From: an uncultured Gemmatimonadaceae bacterium | GTDB lineage: Bacteria > Gemmatimonadota > Gemmatimonadetes > Gemmatimonadales > Gemmatimonadaceae | DNA length: 64,000 nt | NCBI GenBank assembly: GCA_963829055.1 | Contig: CAWHHI010000011.1 | Span: 544,001-608,000, forward strand | Direction: 5' to 3' | Shown: positions 42,257 through 52,509 of the stretch, piece after piece | Position numbering within the stretch: position 1 is the first letter of the stretch | How the letters are laid out: every line of letters starts with the position of its first letter | Notes under the pieces: generated by a model | What the model was told of the DNA's origin: nothing | The model's database searches: none | Seen by the model: the letters and a program-made list of their open reading frames with translations, nothing else | Made by a program: the position numbers and the translations under genes

Positions 42257-42825
42257 GAGACCCACTCCCCTGCAAAGTCGGCGAGCGCCTCGCGGAGCTT
42301 GGCCCTCGCCCGGAAGAGCTGCGCCTTCGAGGTCCCGCTCTGCACTCCCAGCGCGGCTCCGATCTCCTCGTGCGTGTAGCCTTCCACGTCGTGCATCACG
42401 AACACCGTTCTGTATCCCTCGGGCAGCGCATCGATCGCCTGCCTCAACCGTTCCTTCAAATCCGGCTCGGCCCGTCGCGTCGCAACGCCGATCGTCATTG
42501 CGTCATCCATTGGGGCCTCGCGCGTCCTGAACCGCTTCACCTTCCGCAACCCGTTCAGCGACACCGACATCGCGATCGTGTGGATCCAGGTGCCGAACGA
42601 CGAGTCGCTGCGAAAATCCTTGAGCCGCTGGAACGCCCGGATGAACGTCTCCTGCGTGAAGTCGCGCGCGAGGTCGTCGTCTCCCGCCAGCCGAAATGCC
42701 AGGCGATAGACTCGATCGACGTGCTGGTCATATAGCATTCGCTGCGCTGTGACCTCACCAGCCACTGCCGCGGCGATCAACTGACGTTCATTCACTAGGA
42801 TCTTCGCTTCGGTGTCCCCGTGCAT
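42253..42825 (-). CDS. ECF RNA polymerase sigma factor
   Basis: DFTQETFIRA, FGTWIHTIA, LPEGYRTVFVMHDVEGYTHEEIG..GTSKAQLFRAR. Confidence 0.95.
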   Translation of the reverse strand: MHGDTEAKILVNERQLIAAAVAGEVTAQRMLYDQHVDRVYRLAFRLAGDDDLARDFTQETFIRAFQRLKDFRSDSSFGTWIHTIAMSVSLNGLRKVKRFRTREAPMDDAMTIGVATRRAEPDLKERLRQAIDALPEGYRTVFVMHDVEGYTHEEIGAALGVQSGTSKAQLFRARAKLREALADFAGEWVS

Positions 42826-42839
42826 TTGCTGCTCGGTTG

Positions 42840-42868
42840 GTTGACACGGGCTGGTCCAGGAAGGTTGC
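42840..42868 (-). promoter_or_regulatory. Putative ECF-type autoregulatory promoter
   Basis: Minus strand GCAACCT-N17-TCAAC just upstream of the sigma gene. Confidence 0.55.
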
Positions 42869-42953
42869 GCGGAATCGGCTAACTCAAGTCTGGGCAGTAG
42901 CCTGAGTGTGAGCTAGCTGGCCGACGACACTCGCACCGCGCATATTCGGCCCA

Positions 42954-44474
42954 ATGACGGTCACCCCCGCCCCGCCTCCCTCGGGCCCTTCGCTTGCTTC
43001 CCCGAACGGCGGGATGTCGTCAGTTCCGCCTGACGGACCGCCCGCGCACACGGCGAACGAAACGCTCACCCGGCGCGACCTCATCCTGCGTTGGGGAGCC
43101 GTCATCGCGACGGTCGCGATCATCCTCGCCGCACCGGTCCCGGCCGGTATCACCGTCAAGTCCTGGCGGCTGCTCGCGATCTTCCTTGGCACCATTGTCG
43201 GGTCGATCGTTCGCCCAGTTCCCGCGGGCGCCATCGTCTTCCTTGGCGTTGCGGCAGTCGCGTTCACCGGGACGCTCACGCCTGCCCAGGCCCTCGGCGG
43301 ATACGCCGATCCGATCGTCTGGCTCGTGCTCTGCGCCTTCTTCATTTCGCGTGGCGTCGTGAAAACCGGGCTCGGCCGGCGCATCGCGTTCATCTTCATT
43401 CGCGCGATCGGGCACCGCTCGATCGGGCTCGCGTACGCGTTGATCGCCACGGACACACTGCTCGCGTCGCTCGTGCCGTCCAATGGCGCGCGTGCCGGCG
43501 GCGTCGTGTTTCCCGTCGCGAAGAGCCTGGCCGAGGCGTACGACTCGACGCCCGGGCCGACGCGTCGGCGGCTCGGCGCGTATCTGATGACCACCGTCTA
43601 CCAGTGCGACGTCATCGCCTGCGCGATGTTCCTCACGGGTCAGGCGTCGAACGTGCTCATCGCGAAGTTCGCGAAGGACGTGGCAGGCGTCGAGATCAGC
43701 TACGCGCGCTGGTTCATCGGCGGCATCGTGCCGGGCCTGCTGTCGCTGCTGCTCGTTCCGCTGCTCATCTACCGCCTCTTTCCACCCGACGTGCGGCGCA
43801 CGCCGGGCGCAGCCGCGTTCGCGGCCCAGGAGCTCGCACAGCTCGGGCGCATGACGCGCGGCGAGCGCATCATGCTGATCGTCTTCGCGCTCATCGCCGG
43901 GCTGTGGATGACGACGAGCTGGCATCAGATCAACTACGCCGTCATCGCGCTCGGCGGCGTCTGCGCGCTGCTGCTGACGAACGTGCTCACGTGGGACGAG
44001 GTCGTCAGCGAGCGCAGCGCGTGGGACGTCTACATTCGGTACGGCGGACTGGTCCAGATGGCCGCGGCGTTAGGCGAGACGGGGATCACGAAGCGGTTCG
44101 CTGAGACGGCGGCGGGGGTCACGAGTGGGTGGGCGTGGGGGGCGGCGCTGGCCGTGCTGCTGCTCGTGTACTTCTACGCTCACTATGGGTTCGCCAGCAT
44201 CACGGCGCACGCCACCGCGATGTACACGCCGTTCCTCGTCGTGACGATCGCCGCTGGGGCGCCGCCGGCGTTGGCCGCGCTGTCGCTCGCGTACTTCTCG
44301 AACCTGGACGCGTCGCTCACGCACTTCGGGACGACGCCAGCGCCGATCTACTTCGGGTCGCGGTACGTGACGCAGCGCGAGTGGTGGAAGTACGGGTTCA
44401 TCGTTTCGCTCGCGACGATCGCGATCTGGAGCACCGTGGGCGTCGCGTGGTGGAAGCTGCTGGGCTGGTGGTGA
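42954..44474 (+). CDS. DASS family divalent anion/Na+ symporter (CitT/TtdT-like)
   Basis: KTGLGRRIA, PSNGARAGG, MFLTGQASN, YAHYGFASITAH, LTHFGTTPAP. Confidence 0.92.
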   Translation: MTVTPAPPPSGPSLASPNGGMSSVPPDGPPAHTANETLTRRDLILRWGAVIATVAIILAAPVPAGITVKSWRLLAIFLGTIVGSIVRPVPAGAIVFLGVAAVAFTGTLTPAQALGGYADPIVWLVLCAFFISRGVVKTGLGRRIAFIFIRAIGHRSIGLAYALIATDTLLASLVPSNGARAGGVVFPVAKSLAEAYDSTPGPTRRRLGAYLMTTVYQCDVIACAMFLTGQASNVLIAKFAKDVAGVEISYARWFIGGIVPGLLSLLLVPLLIYRLFPPDVRRTPGAAAFAAQELAQLGRMTRGERIMLIVFALIAGLWMTTSWHQINYAVIALGGVCALLLTNVLTWDEVVSERSAWDVYIRYGGLVQMAAALGETGITKRFAETAAGVTSGWAWGAALAVLLLVYFYAHYGFASITAHATAMYTPFLVVTIAAGAPPALAALSLAYFSNLDASLTHFGTTPAPIYFGSRYVTQREWWKYGFIVSLATIAIWSTVGVAWWKLLGWW

Positions 44475-44528
44475 TCGGGATGATGGCGATGCCGATACCG
44501 CGCACCGGGCTTCACAGGAGACGTGACA

Positions 44529-44849
44529 ATGGGTAGGCCATCTGGGGGCGATAGCGACAAGCCGGTCGGACGCGTTGGTCCGGCGTCGCTCGCGGGCCGA
44601 CTCGGCAGCATCCCACGCCCGGCACAGACGGAGAAGCCGCGGCCACCGTCGATCGAGAAGCCGCAGACCGCGCCGCGGGTAAAACCCGGTGCCGCGAAGC
44701 CACGGCCGGCCAAGCCTAACAAGCCACCACGACCTGTCGTCGCGCAGCGGCCTTCATCGACGCATCCCGCGGCGCCGGCGACGACTCCGCCACGACGCGG
44801 CGTGGCCGGCCGGCTCGGCTCGATCGGACGCGGACGCGGCGGACGCTGA
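44529..44849 (+). CDS. Small basic Pro/Arg/Lys-rich protein
   Basis: AGGAG RBS; fills the gap between two co-oriented genes; AGRLGSI occurs twice. Confidence 0.55.
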   Translation: MGRPSGGDSDKPVGRVGPASLAGRLGSIPRPAQTEKPRPPSIEKPQTAPRVKPGAAKPRPAKPNKPPRPVVAQRPSSTHPAAPATTPPRRGVAGRLGSIGRGRGGR

Positions 44850-44852
44850 CGC

Positions 44853-45611
44853 GTGTCACTCGTCGCGCGAGACGTCGTGAAGCGCTACCAGACGTCTGCT
44901 GGTCCTGTCGATGCGCTGGCCGGTGTGACGCTGGAGGTCGCGAGCGGCGAATGCGTCGCACTCGTGGGCGAGAGTGGGTCTGGCAAGACCACGCTGCTCC
45001 GCTGCTTCAACCGGCTCGTCGAGCCTGACGCGGGGACGATCCTGGTGGACGACGTCGACGTCCGACAGGTGAACGATGTCGAGCTCCGTCGTCACGTCGG
45101 CTATGTACTGCAGGACGGCGGGCTCATGCCGCACTGGACGGTGCGCCGGAACGTCGAGCTCGTACCGTGGCTGCGCGACGCACCTAACGCGGCGACGCTC
45201 GCCGCGGACGCGCTCACACTCGTCGGCTTCGCCGACCGCACGTTCGACGACCGGTATCCACGACAGCTTTCCGGCGGGCAACGACAGCGTGTCGCGATGG
45301 CCCGCGCGCTCGCGGCGCATCCGACGGTGATATTGCTCGACGAGCCGTTCGGCGCGCTCGACGCGATCACGCGGTCGGATCTCCAGGAGATGTTCGCGGG
45401 CATCAGGAAGCGTCGCCCGGTGACGGCGCTGCTCGTCACGCACGACCTGTTCGAGGCGCAGCGACTCGCGGATCGTATCGCGGTGATGCGGGCGGGACGC
45501 ATCGAGCACATCGGCACGCCGCGAGAGATCAGGCAGGCGCCGGCCACCGACTACGTCGCTCGACTGGTAGAGAGGGCGGGGTTGCGGCGGATGGAAGCGG
45601 CCGGCCGATGA
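44853..45611 (+). CDS. Osmoprotectant ABC transporter ATPase (OpuCA/OsmV-like)
   Basis: GESGSGKTT, LSGGQRQR, LLDEPFGALD. Confidence 0.9.
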   Translation: MSLVARDVVKRYQTSAGPVDALAGVTLEVASGECVALVGESGSGKTTLLRCFNRLVEPDAGTILVDDVDVRQVNDVELRRHVGYVLQDGGLMPHWTVRRNVELVPWLRDAPNAATLAADALTLVGFADRTFDDRYPRQLSGGQRQRVAMARALAAHPTVILLDEPFGALDAITRSDLQEMFAGIRKRRPVTALLVTHDLFEAQRLADRIAVMRAGRIEHIGTPREIRQAPATDYVARLVERAGLRRMEAAGR

Positions 45612-45618
45612 GCTCCGC

Positions 45619-47170
45619 ATGAACCTGACGCTTGCGCTGGCGCTCGCGTTCACCGTCGCGCAGGGCGTGCCGCGCTCGCGGCCGATCATCGTCGCGTCGA
45701 AGCCGTTCGGCGAGTCGTACATCCTGTGCGAGATGTTCGCGCAACTGCTCGAGGCCCGAGGCTTCCGCGTGGACCGTCGTCCCGGGCTCGGCGCGACCGA
45801 GATCGCGTTCGCCGCGCTTCGCACGAATGCGATCGACGTGTATCCGGAATACACAGGTACCGGGCTGCTCGCGATCCTCGGCGATACCACCCGTCGGTCG
45901 CCGACTCAGGCATTCACTCGTGTGGCCACGGAGTTCCGCCGGCAATACGGTACGCGCTGGCTCCCGCCGCTCGGCTTCGAGAACACGTACGCCATCAGCG
46001 TGCGCCGCGAGACGGCCACGCGTTATGCACTGCGCACGTTGTCGGACCTCGCGCGTGTCGCCCCAACGCTCCGGGGTGGCTTCACGGCGGACTTCATCGG
46101 CAGAGGCGACGGCTTGCCCGGGCTGTCCCGGTCGTACGGACTGCGATTCCGCGAGGTACGTCCGCTACTCGGAGCGGTGAAGTATCGCGCGCTCGCGTCA
46201 GGCGACGTGGACGTGATCGATGGCTATTCCACCGACGGCCTCATCGCGCGCTACGATCTTGTCGTGCTCGTGGATGACCGGCGCTTCTTTCCGCCTTACG
46301 AGGCGGCGGCGCTCGTCAGCCCGTCGCTCGCCGCCGATGACCCTCGGGCCATTGCCGTTCTGTCGGAGCTGAGCGGACGCATCGACGACACGATGATGCG
46401 CGGATTCAATCGACGACTCGAGGTGGACGGCGTCGCGGTCGACGTCGTCGCACGCGCGGCACTCGACACGCTGGGGCTCGTGGTGTCGAGCACCGGAACG
46501 GCACCCGCGGCGCGCAGCAGTCCGCGCGCTTCGACGTGGGACTCGTTCGTCCACGAGACGGTCGATGAGCGTGGGGCTCTGGCGCAGCGCACGCTGCGTC
46601 ATCTGATGCTCACGTCGGTGTCGCTCGTGCTTGCGGCGCTCGTCGCGATTCCATTCGGGCTCGTGCTCGAGCGCCGGCGGCGGTGGGCGGAGCCGCTCGT
46701 GCGCACAACGGGCGTGCTGCAGACGATTCCGGGCATCGCGCTGCTCGCGTTCATGATTCCGATCCTCGGCATCGGCACCGTGCCGGCGCTGGTCGCGCTG
46801 TTCATCTACTCGCTGTACCCGATCGTCCGGAACACGTATTCGGGCGTGCGCGATGCCGATCCGGTCGCAGTCAACGCGGCGCCACGCGCTCGGGATGACG
46901 GCTGGCCAGGTGCTGCGCCACGTGCGTCTGCCCTTGGCGGCGCCGACGATCATGGCCGGCGTGCGGACGGCCGCGGTCATCAACGTCGGGACGGCGACGC
47001 TCGCGGCATTCATTGGCGCGGGCGGACTCGGCGAACCGATCGTCACGGGTCTCGCGCTTTCGGACACGGGGATGATCCTGAGCGGGGCGATCCCGGCGGC
47101 GCTCCTCGCGCTACTCGTGGATTTCGCCTTGGGGATTTGCGAGCGGGCCGTACGGCCGAAGGGACTGTAG
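45619..47170 (+). CDS. Fused osmoprotectant substrate-binding/permease protein; frameshift near 46880
   Basis: SKPFGESYIL, YPEYTGT, GFENTY, FFPPYEA; permease QTIPGIAL..ALGMT..VGTATLAAFIGAGGLG. Confidence 0.87.
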
Positions 47171-47211
47171 AAGCGAGGCCGCAGGAAGGCGGAGGGCGGA
47201 AGGCGGACGGT

Positions 47212-47356
47212 CGTCATTCCGAGCGGAGCGCCGAAGGCGCGCAGTCGAGGAATCGCGATCGTACGGGTAGAGGAGCCGCTCTACCGGCGCAAGCCGAGGA
47301 TTCCTCGACTCCGGCCTTCGGCCTCCGCTCGGAATGACATACCGCTCGGAATGACA
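47212..47356. repeat. Palindromic element subfamily A with doubled right arm
   Basis: cgtcattccgagcggag..ctccgctcggaatgaca plus extra arm; preceded by GGAAGGC heptamers 47184-47210. Confidence 0.93.
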
Positions 47357-47447
47357 CCTAACTTCGCGGCGTGCGCCGGTCCATATTGCGATCGTTCAGC
47401 CGCCCGCGCGGTGGCCACTCCGTCTTTTATTCCGGCGCGGACATTTA

Positions 47448-48624
47448 ATGAAGCGATCCTCCTCGCAGCGGCGCGCAGCGTTCCCTACGCTCGAGCCACC
47501 CGAACCGCCAAAGCAGCTCTCCGCACTCGAGACGCCCGTCGCCATCGTCGACCTCGACCGGCTCGCGCAGAACCTCGATCGGATGGCGTCCTACTGCACG
47601 TTGCACGGGTTGGCGCTCCGCCCGCACGTCAAGACGCACAAGTCACCCCGCATCGCCGCCGACCAGCTTCGACTTGGCGCGGTCGGGCTCACGTGCGCGA
47701 CGCCGCGCGAGCTCGAAGTCATGGGCGACGTGTCGCACGACCTGCTGCTCGCGTATCCGCTCGTCGGCGCGACGAAGCTCGCTCGCGTCATGTACATCCC
47801 GCACCAGGTGAAGCTGACCGTCTCGCTCGATTCGACCGCCGCTCTCGGACAGCTCTCGGCGGCGACGAAGGTCTCGCAGCGCGAGGTCGACGTGTACGTG
47901 GAGATCGACCTCGGCATGCATCGCGTGGGCGTGCAGACGCCAGCCGAGGCGGTGACGATCGCGCGTCAGATACTGCAGCAACCACCGCTCAACTACGCCG
48001 GCATCGCGTTTTATCCGGGCCACGTGCGCGAGCATGCGAACGACCAGGACGCGAGCATGGCGCAGCTTCGCGCGGACCTCGCTCGCGTACATCGGCGAGC
48101 TCGATCGTGCCGGCGTGCATCCGCGTGTGGTGAGTGGTGGCTCGACGCCGACGGCGTGGCGGATGCACGAAGTGCCGGGCGTCACCGAGGTGCGGCCCGG
48201 GACCTACGTGTACAACGATCGCACGACCGCCGAGATCGGAGCGTGCGGGTGGGAAGACTGCGCGCTGACGGTGTTGGCGACCGTGATCAGCCGCGCCGTG
48301 CCCGGCCAGGCGGTCATCGACGCCGGCACGAAAGCGTTAGGCAGAGAACCCATGCGCGGGGTCGCGGGCGAAGGATTCGGCGTCGTGATGGATCACCCGG
48401 ATATCGTCGTCGCGCGGATGTCGGAGGAGCACGGCATCCTCGACCTCTCGAAGTCGGACTGGAACCCGCAGGTGGGCGATCAGGTCCGGATCATCCCGAA
48501 CCACGTCTGCATCGTCGTGCACCTGAACGACGTGATCTACGGCGTCCGGGATTCCATCGTGGAGACCAGCTGGATGGTCGCTGCACGCGGGCGGCTCGAG
48601 ACCGAGGCCGGCATTGAAGGCTGA
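47448..48624 (+). CDS. D-threonine aldolase/DSD1 family PLP enzyme; frameshift near 48080
   Basis: LRPHVKTHK, GMHRVGV, SGGSTPT, EVRPGTYVYND, DAGTK, SEEHG, PNHVC. Confidence 0.9.
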
Positions 48625-48625
48625 C

Positions 48626-48772
48626 TGTCATTCCGAGCGGGGTGTCATTCCGAGCGGAGGCGCAGCGAGTCGAGGAATCGCGACCATCTGGGTCGAGAGG
48701 CCCTCTACCAGTATGATCGCGATTCCTCGATGGCCGAGGATTCCTCGACTGCGGCCTCCGCTCGGAATGACA
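48626..48772. repeat. Palindromic element subfamily A with doubled left arm
   Basis: Arms at 48626 and 48643; GATTCCTCGA duplicated internally. Confidence 0.93.
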
Positions 48773-48774
48773 GC

Positions 48775-49413
48775 CTAACGCGTCACGCGGATCGAGATCC
48801 GCACCTCATCGCCGATGACGACGAACAGCGGATCCAGCCGACGTATGCCAGTCGGGACGCCGACGCCGTAGGCTCGGCGCGACAGCGTGACGTCCGCCGC
48901 AAGCTGCCCGGTGTTCGTGATGTCGTCGATCGAGCAGCGAAGCTCCTCCGTCCGCGTCACGCCGCGAATCGTGAGCGAGCCCGGCACCGCCACGTAGTTC
49001 GGGAGACGCATCACATCGCCGCCACGGAACGTGATCGCCGGATGGCGCGCCGCGTCCAGAAACAGTGGCCCGCGCAGGTGGCGATCCCGGAGTGAGATGC
49101 CTGTGCGCAGACTCTCCGCCAATATCTCGACGGTCACCGCCACCGTGTCATCGTCATTCGCCGGGACGTGAATGGTGCCGCGCACATCCATGAACCGGCC
49201 GCGGACGAGCATTCCACCGAGCCACCGGACCGACATCGTGACGACGACGTTCTCCGGCGTTAGGCGGATGGGTGTCGTGCCGAGCGGCGCGAGCCACGAC
49301 CAACGGTCGCCGAGCGCGGCACCCGCACCGTCGCGGGTAGCGGCACGTCGGCGCCCCGGTCGCGCGGAACCGGCGGATCGTGACCCGCCACCAGGCCTGG
49401 ATTCAGACTCCAT
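48775..49413 (-). CDS. YceI family protein
   Basis: VRGRF, SLRTGISLRDRHLR..FLDAARHPAITF, GSLTIRGVTR. Confidence 0.88.
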   Translation of the reverse strand: MESESRPGGGSRSAGSARPGRRRAATRDGAGAALGDRWSWLAPLGTTPIRLTPENVVVTMSVRWLGGMLVRGRFMDVRGTIHVPANDDDTVAVTVEILAESLRTGISLRDRHLRGPLFLDAARHPAITFRGGDVMRLPNYVAVPGSLTIRGVTRTEELRCSIDDITNTGQLAADVTLSRRAYGVGVPTGIRRLDPLFVVIGDEVRISIRVTR

Positions 49414-49853
49414 CAGTTTCGCTGCGCCCCCTGCTCGATCCAGCGGACGATCGTCTCGATCTGGTTCGACGTGAGCGGCTGAGTGGCGAGCGGCATACGA
49501 CTGTGCCCCTGTCGCGCCGCGTCGTCGGCGCTGATCATCGTCACGAGCCACGACCGGTTCGGTTCGGTCGGACGCACGCGCACCTCACCTGGCCGGAGCG
49601 TAGATGGCACGCCGACGATCGCGTCGTACGCCGCGCTCGGATCCAACGTGAGCCCGGCCTGATGCGTGGCGAGGGAGTGACAGCCACCCGTCGCGCAGCG
49701 CTTATCGAAGATCGGCACGACGTTCGCCGAGAACGATGGCGTCGGCACGAGGTCATCGGGCGCGCCGCCGGTCGGATCCACGGACGTTTCGAAGTCGACA
49801 CAGCCTAACGCGCCACCGAGCAGGCCAAGCGCTGCCATTGTCCGCATCACCAT
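49413..49853 (-). CDS. Lipoprotein with CX4CH putative heme-binding motif
   Basis: LGC lipobox; FSANVVPIFDKRCATGGCH, RMP, IVRWIEQGA. Confidence 0.72.
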   Translation of the reverse strand: MVMRTMAALGLLGGALGCVDFETSVDPTGGAPDDLVPTPSFSANVVPIFDKRCATGGCHSLATHQAGLTLDPSAAYDAIVGVPSTLRPGEVRVRPTEPNRSWLVTMISADDAARQGHSRMPLATQPLTSNQIETIVRWIEQGAQRN

Positions 49854-50860
49854 AGATGGACGCCCGCCAGCGCACGCACCGTCAACATGCTGCCGGGAGC
49901 GTAGTAGAGCTCGGCCGCGAGGCGCGTCCGCGGAAACCCGAGCCACGATGTGCCGGCCGTTCCGTAGGCGCGCGTCGTCGTGACCTCGAGGATCGGCTGG
50001 TCAGGATCGCGCGTGCCATCCGTGCGGATGACGCCGATGTCGAACCGCGTGCGCTCAGCGCGGGCGCCGGCGGACGCGTACGGCTGCCAGCGTCCACTCC
50101 CCGACGCGCGCGCGAACAGCAGCTCACCCGACACATGGTTCGGCTCGAAGAAGTCGCGACTGTCGTTGTCGTAGCACACGAACGTGAAGTACGTCGCGAG
50201 TGCGGCAGTCCCCTCCGCCGCCGTCTCGCGATTACAGGTGATCGGTCCTTCCACTCGGCCCGTGAGGAACGACGCGCGCGGGACGACTCTCACCCCTAAC
50301 GAGGTGGTGAAGGATCGCGAGATTGCACCCGCCAGGAGATTCGCCTTCACGTCGAACACCTGCAGCGGAGGAATCCAGCTCAGCTCGAGCCCGATTCCAC
50401 CAGGGAGCCGAGCACCGACGCGCGGGCGTACGAACATCGGCGCGAGGTTCGTCGACTCAGGCTTGTCGGAACCCGTCGTCCGCTGCTCCGACGAGAGCGG
50501 AGGCAGGTACGAGAGCTCGAGTGCCGCCTCGAAGCGCGATGAGGCACTGCCTGGTGCACGATCCGATGCGACCGCCATCGCCGACGGACGATCGGCGCCG
50601 AACGGCACGCCCAGCGGTGAGAACGCCACCGTGGACGAGTAGTACAGCATGAGCTTCGCCTCTGGCGCGCCTGGGCCATAACTCTTGATCTCTCGTGGCT
50701 GGGCGACGAGCCCAGCCGACGGGAGCATCGAGCCTAACGCGACGAACAAACGTACGATGGTCTGTCCGGTAGTGTCTCTGCGAATTCGCCGTTGGCTCGT
50801 CGTGTTGCGTCCGACCTGCTGACGCCTACTGCTGCCCGACGTGCGTCGCGGCTCCCGCAT
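49847..50860 (-). CDS. Hypothetical outer-membrane beta-barrel-like protein (start uncertain)
   Basis: Alternating amphipathic strands, C-terminal Trp; overlaps neighbours. Confidence 0.6.
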   Translation of the reverse strand: MREPRRTSGSSRRQQVGRNTTSQRRIRRDTTGQTIVRLFVALGSMLPSAGLVAQPREIKSYGPGAPEAKLMLYYSSTVAFSPLGVPFGADRPSAMAVASDRAPGSASSRFEAALELSYLPPLSSEQRTTGSDKPESTNLAPMFVRPRVGARLPGGIGLELSWIPPLQVFDVKANLLAGAISRSFTTSLGVRVVPRASFLTGRVEGPITCNRETAAEGTAALATYFTFVCYDNDSRDFFEPNHVSGELLFARASGSGRWQPYASAGARAERTRFDIGVIRTDGTRDPDQPILEVTTTRAYGTAGTSWLGFPRTRLAAELYYAPGSMLTVRALAGVHLW

Positions 50861-51484
50861 TACTGGACCACGACAGACCCGCTCATGCCTGCGTGAATCG
50901 TGCAGTGATAGGCGTACGTCCCCGCGGTCGGGAATGTCAGCGCCGCCGATCCGGAGGAGCGGTCGGTGATGTTGCCCGGCGCCCCCTGCGTATCGAACGT
51001 CACGTTATGCAGCGCGGCGAACGTCCAGGTGACGACCCCGTTCCGCGTCACGGTGACGGTGCGCGGATCGAACGAGTTGCTGGCCGTCGCCGAGACACTG
51101 GCCGTCGCCCCCGGTGCCGGTGCCGCCGACACCGTTACGTTGACATCCTGCGTCTTCGTCACGGTTCCCACCGTTCCACTCGCCGTGATGCGCGCGGTGC
51201 CCGGCCGCTACGCCCGTCACGACGCCAGCGTTCGTCACCGTCGCCACGGCCTGGTTGGCGGACGTGTACGTGACCGTGAGTCCCGACATCGTCGCACCCG
51301 TCTGATCTTTCGCGGACGCCGTGAGGGTCTGCGTACCACCAACGATGATTGTCGGATTCGCCGGATCGACCGCCAACGTCGTGAACACTGCCGGCGCGGT
51401 TGTCCCTCCGCCGTCATCGCCTCCGCCGCCACACGCCGCCACCGCCATCACGACTCCGGCCATCATCACTCGCACTGCACGCAT
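50860..51484 (-). CDS. Lipoprotein with Ig-like (Big_2) and cupredoxin domains; frameshift near 51205
   Basis: GGAGG RBS, VAAC lipobox, YTSANQAVATV..GVVTGVAAG, HNVTF..YHCTIHAGM type-1 copper ligands. Confidence 0.85.
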
Positions 51485-51632
51485 AAATCCTCCGTCAATT
51501 GATTCATGACTCGACTCGACGCTCGCATCGTTCGCGTCACGGAACAGGCGCCACGACGCGTGCGACCACGCGCCTGCGCGAGCCATTCGCAGGAACGTTC
51601 GCCCTGGATGGGCGGGTGGGACAATCGTGTCA

Positions 51633-51684
51633 CGGTGAGCACACACGCGCGCGCGGTGAATGGCCTGCGCGGTGGCGTGAGCGC
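51633..51684 (-). promoter_or_regulatory. Three direct repeats at 21-bp period, candidate LytTR binding site
   Basis: cggtgagc 51633, cggtgaat 51654, gcgtgagc 51675. Confidence 0.55.
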
Positions 51685-51704
51685 TGCGGTCACGAAGTCA
51701 AAAC

Positions 51705-52509
51705 CTAGGTGAGCCGCTCGATATACTCGCGCACTTTCGAGCGATAGCTCTTACCCGAATGCAGGCGGGTGCCGTCGTGCAGGATCGAGCACCCAGTCAC
51801 CCTGGAACCACGGCTGGATCTCGCGAATACGATCGACGTTCACGAGCGTCGATCGATGCACGCGCAGGAACTTCGATGCCGGGAGTCGCTCCTCCAGATG
51901 CGTGAGCGTGCTGCGGTGCGCGTGTACGGTCTTACCCGCGTGAATGCGAACGAGATCGTCATCGGCTTCGATCCAGTCGATCTCCCCGACGCGAATGAAC
52001 ACTACTCGGCCATCGGCTTTCACGGCGAGGCGATCGAGCGCCGTGCGCTCGCTACGCAGCGCTTCGATGAGCGCCGTGAGCGGCTCATCGGCCGGAGGTG
52101 CGTCGGAACCATCGCTACGGTCGGTGCGAATTAGACCAATCACACGATCGATGGCCTGCGTGAAGCGTTGACGACTGACGGGCTTGAGGATGTAGTCGAA
52201 GGCGTGAACCTCGAACGCCGCGAGCGCGTGCTCGTCGTACGCCGTCACGAACACCACTGCGGGCATCTTCGTCGGTCCGATCTCGCGAATCACCTCGAGC
52301 CCGCCGAGCTCCGGCATCTGGATGTCGAGGAGCACGAGGTCCGGCGTCAGGCGGCGAATCTGATCGATGGCCGAACGGCCGTCGCCACTCTCACCGATGA
52401 TGTCGACGTCGCCGCGCTCTCGCAGTAACGACTTGAGGTGTGCGCGCGCGAGCGGCTCGTCGTCCACGATGAGCGCGCGCACCGGTGAGATCGTCTGTGT
52501 ATCCGTCAT
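51705..52509 (-). CDS. LytTR family response regulator; frameshift near 51785
   Basis: IVDDEPLAR, LLDIQMP, FVTAYD, FLRVHRS; corrected end ILHDGTRLHSGKSYR..ERLT*. Confidence 0.92.
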
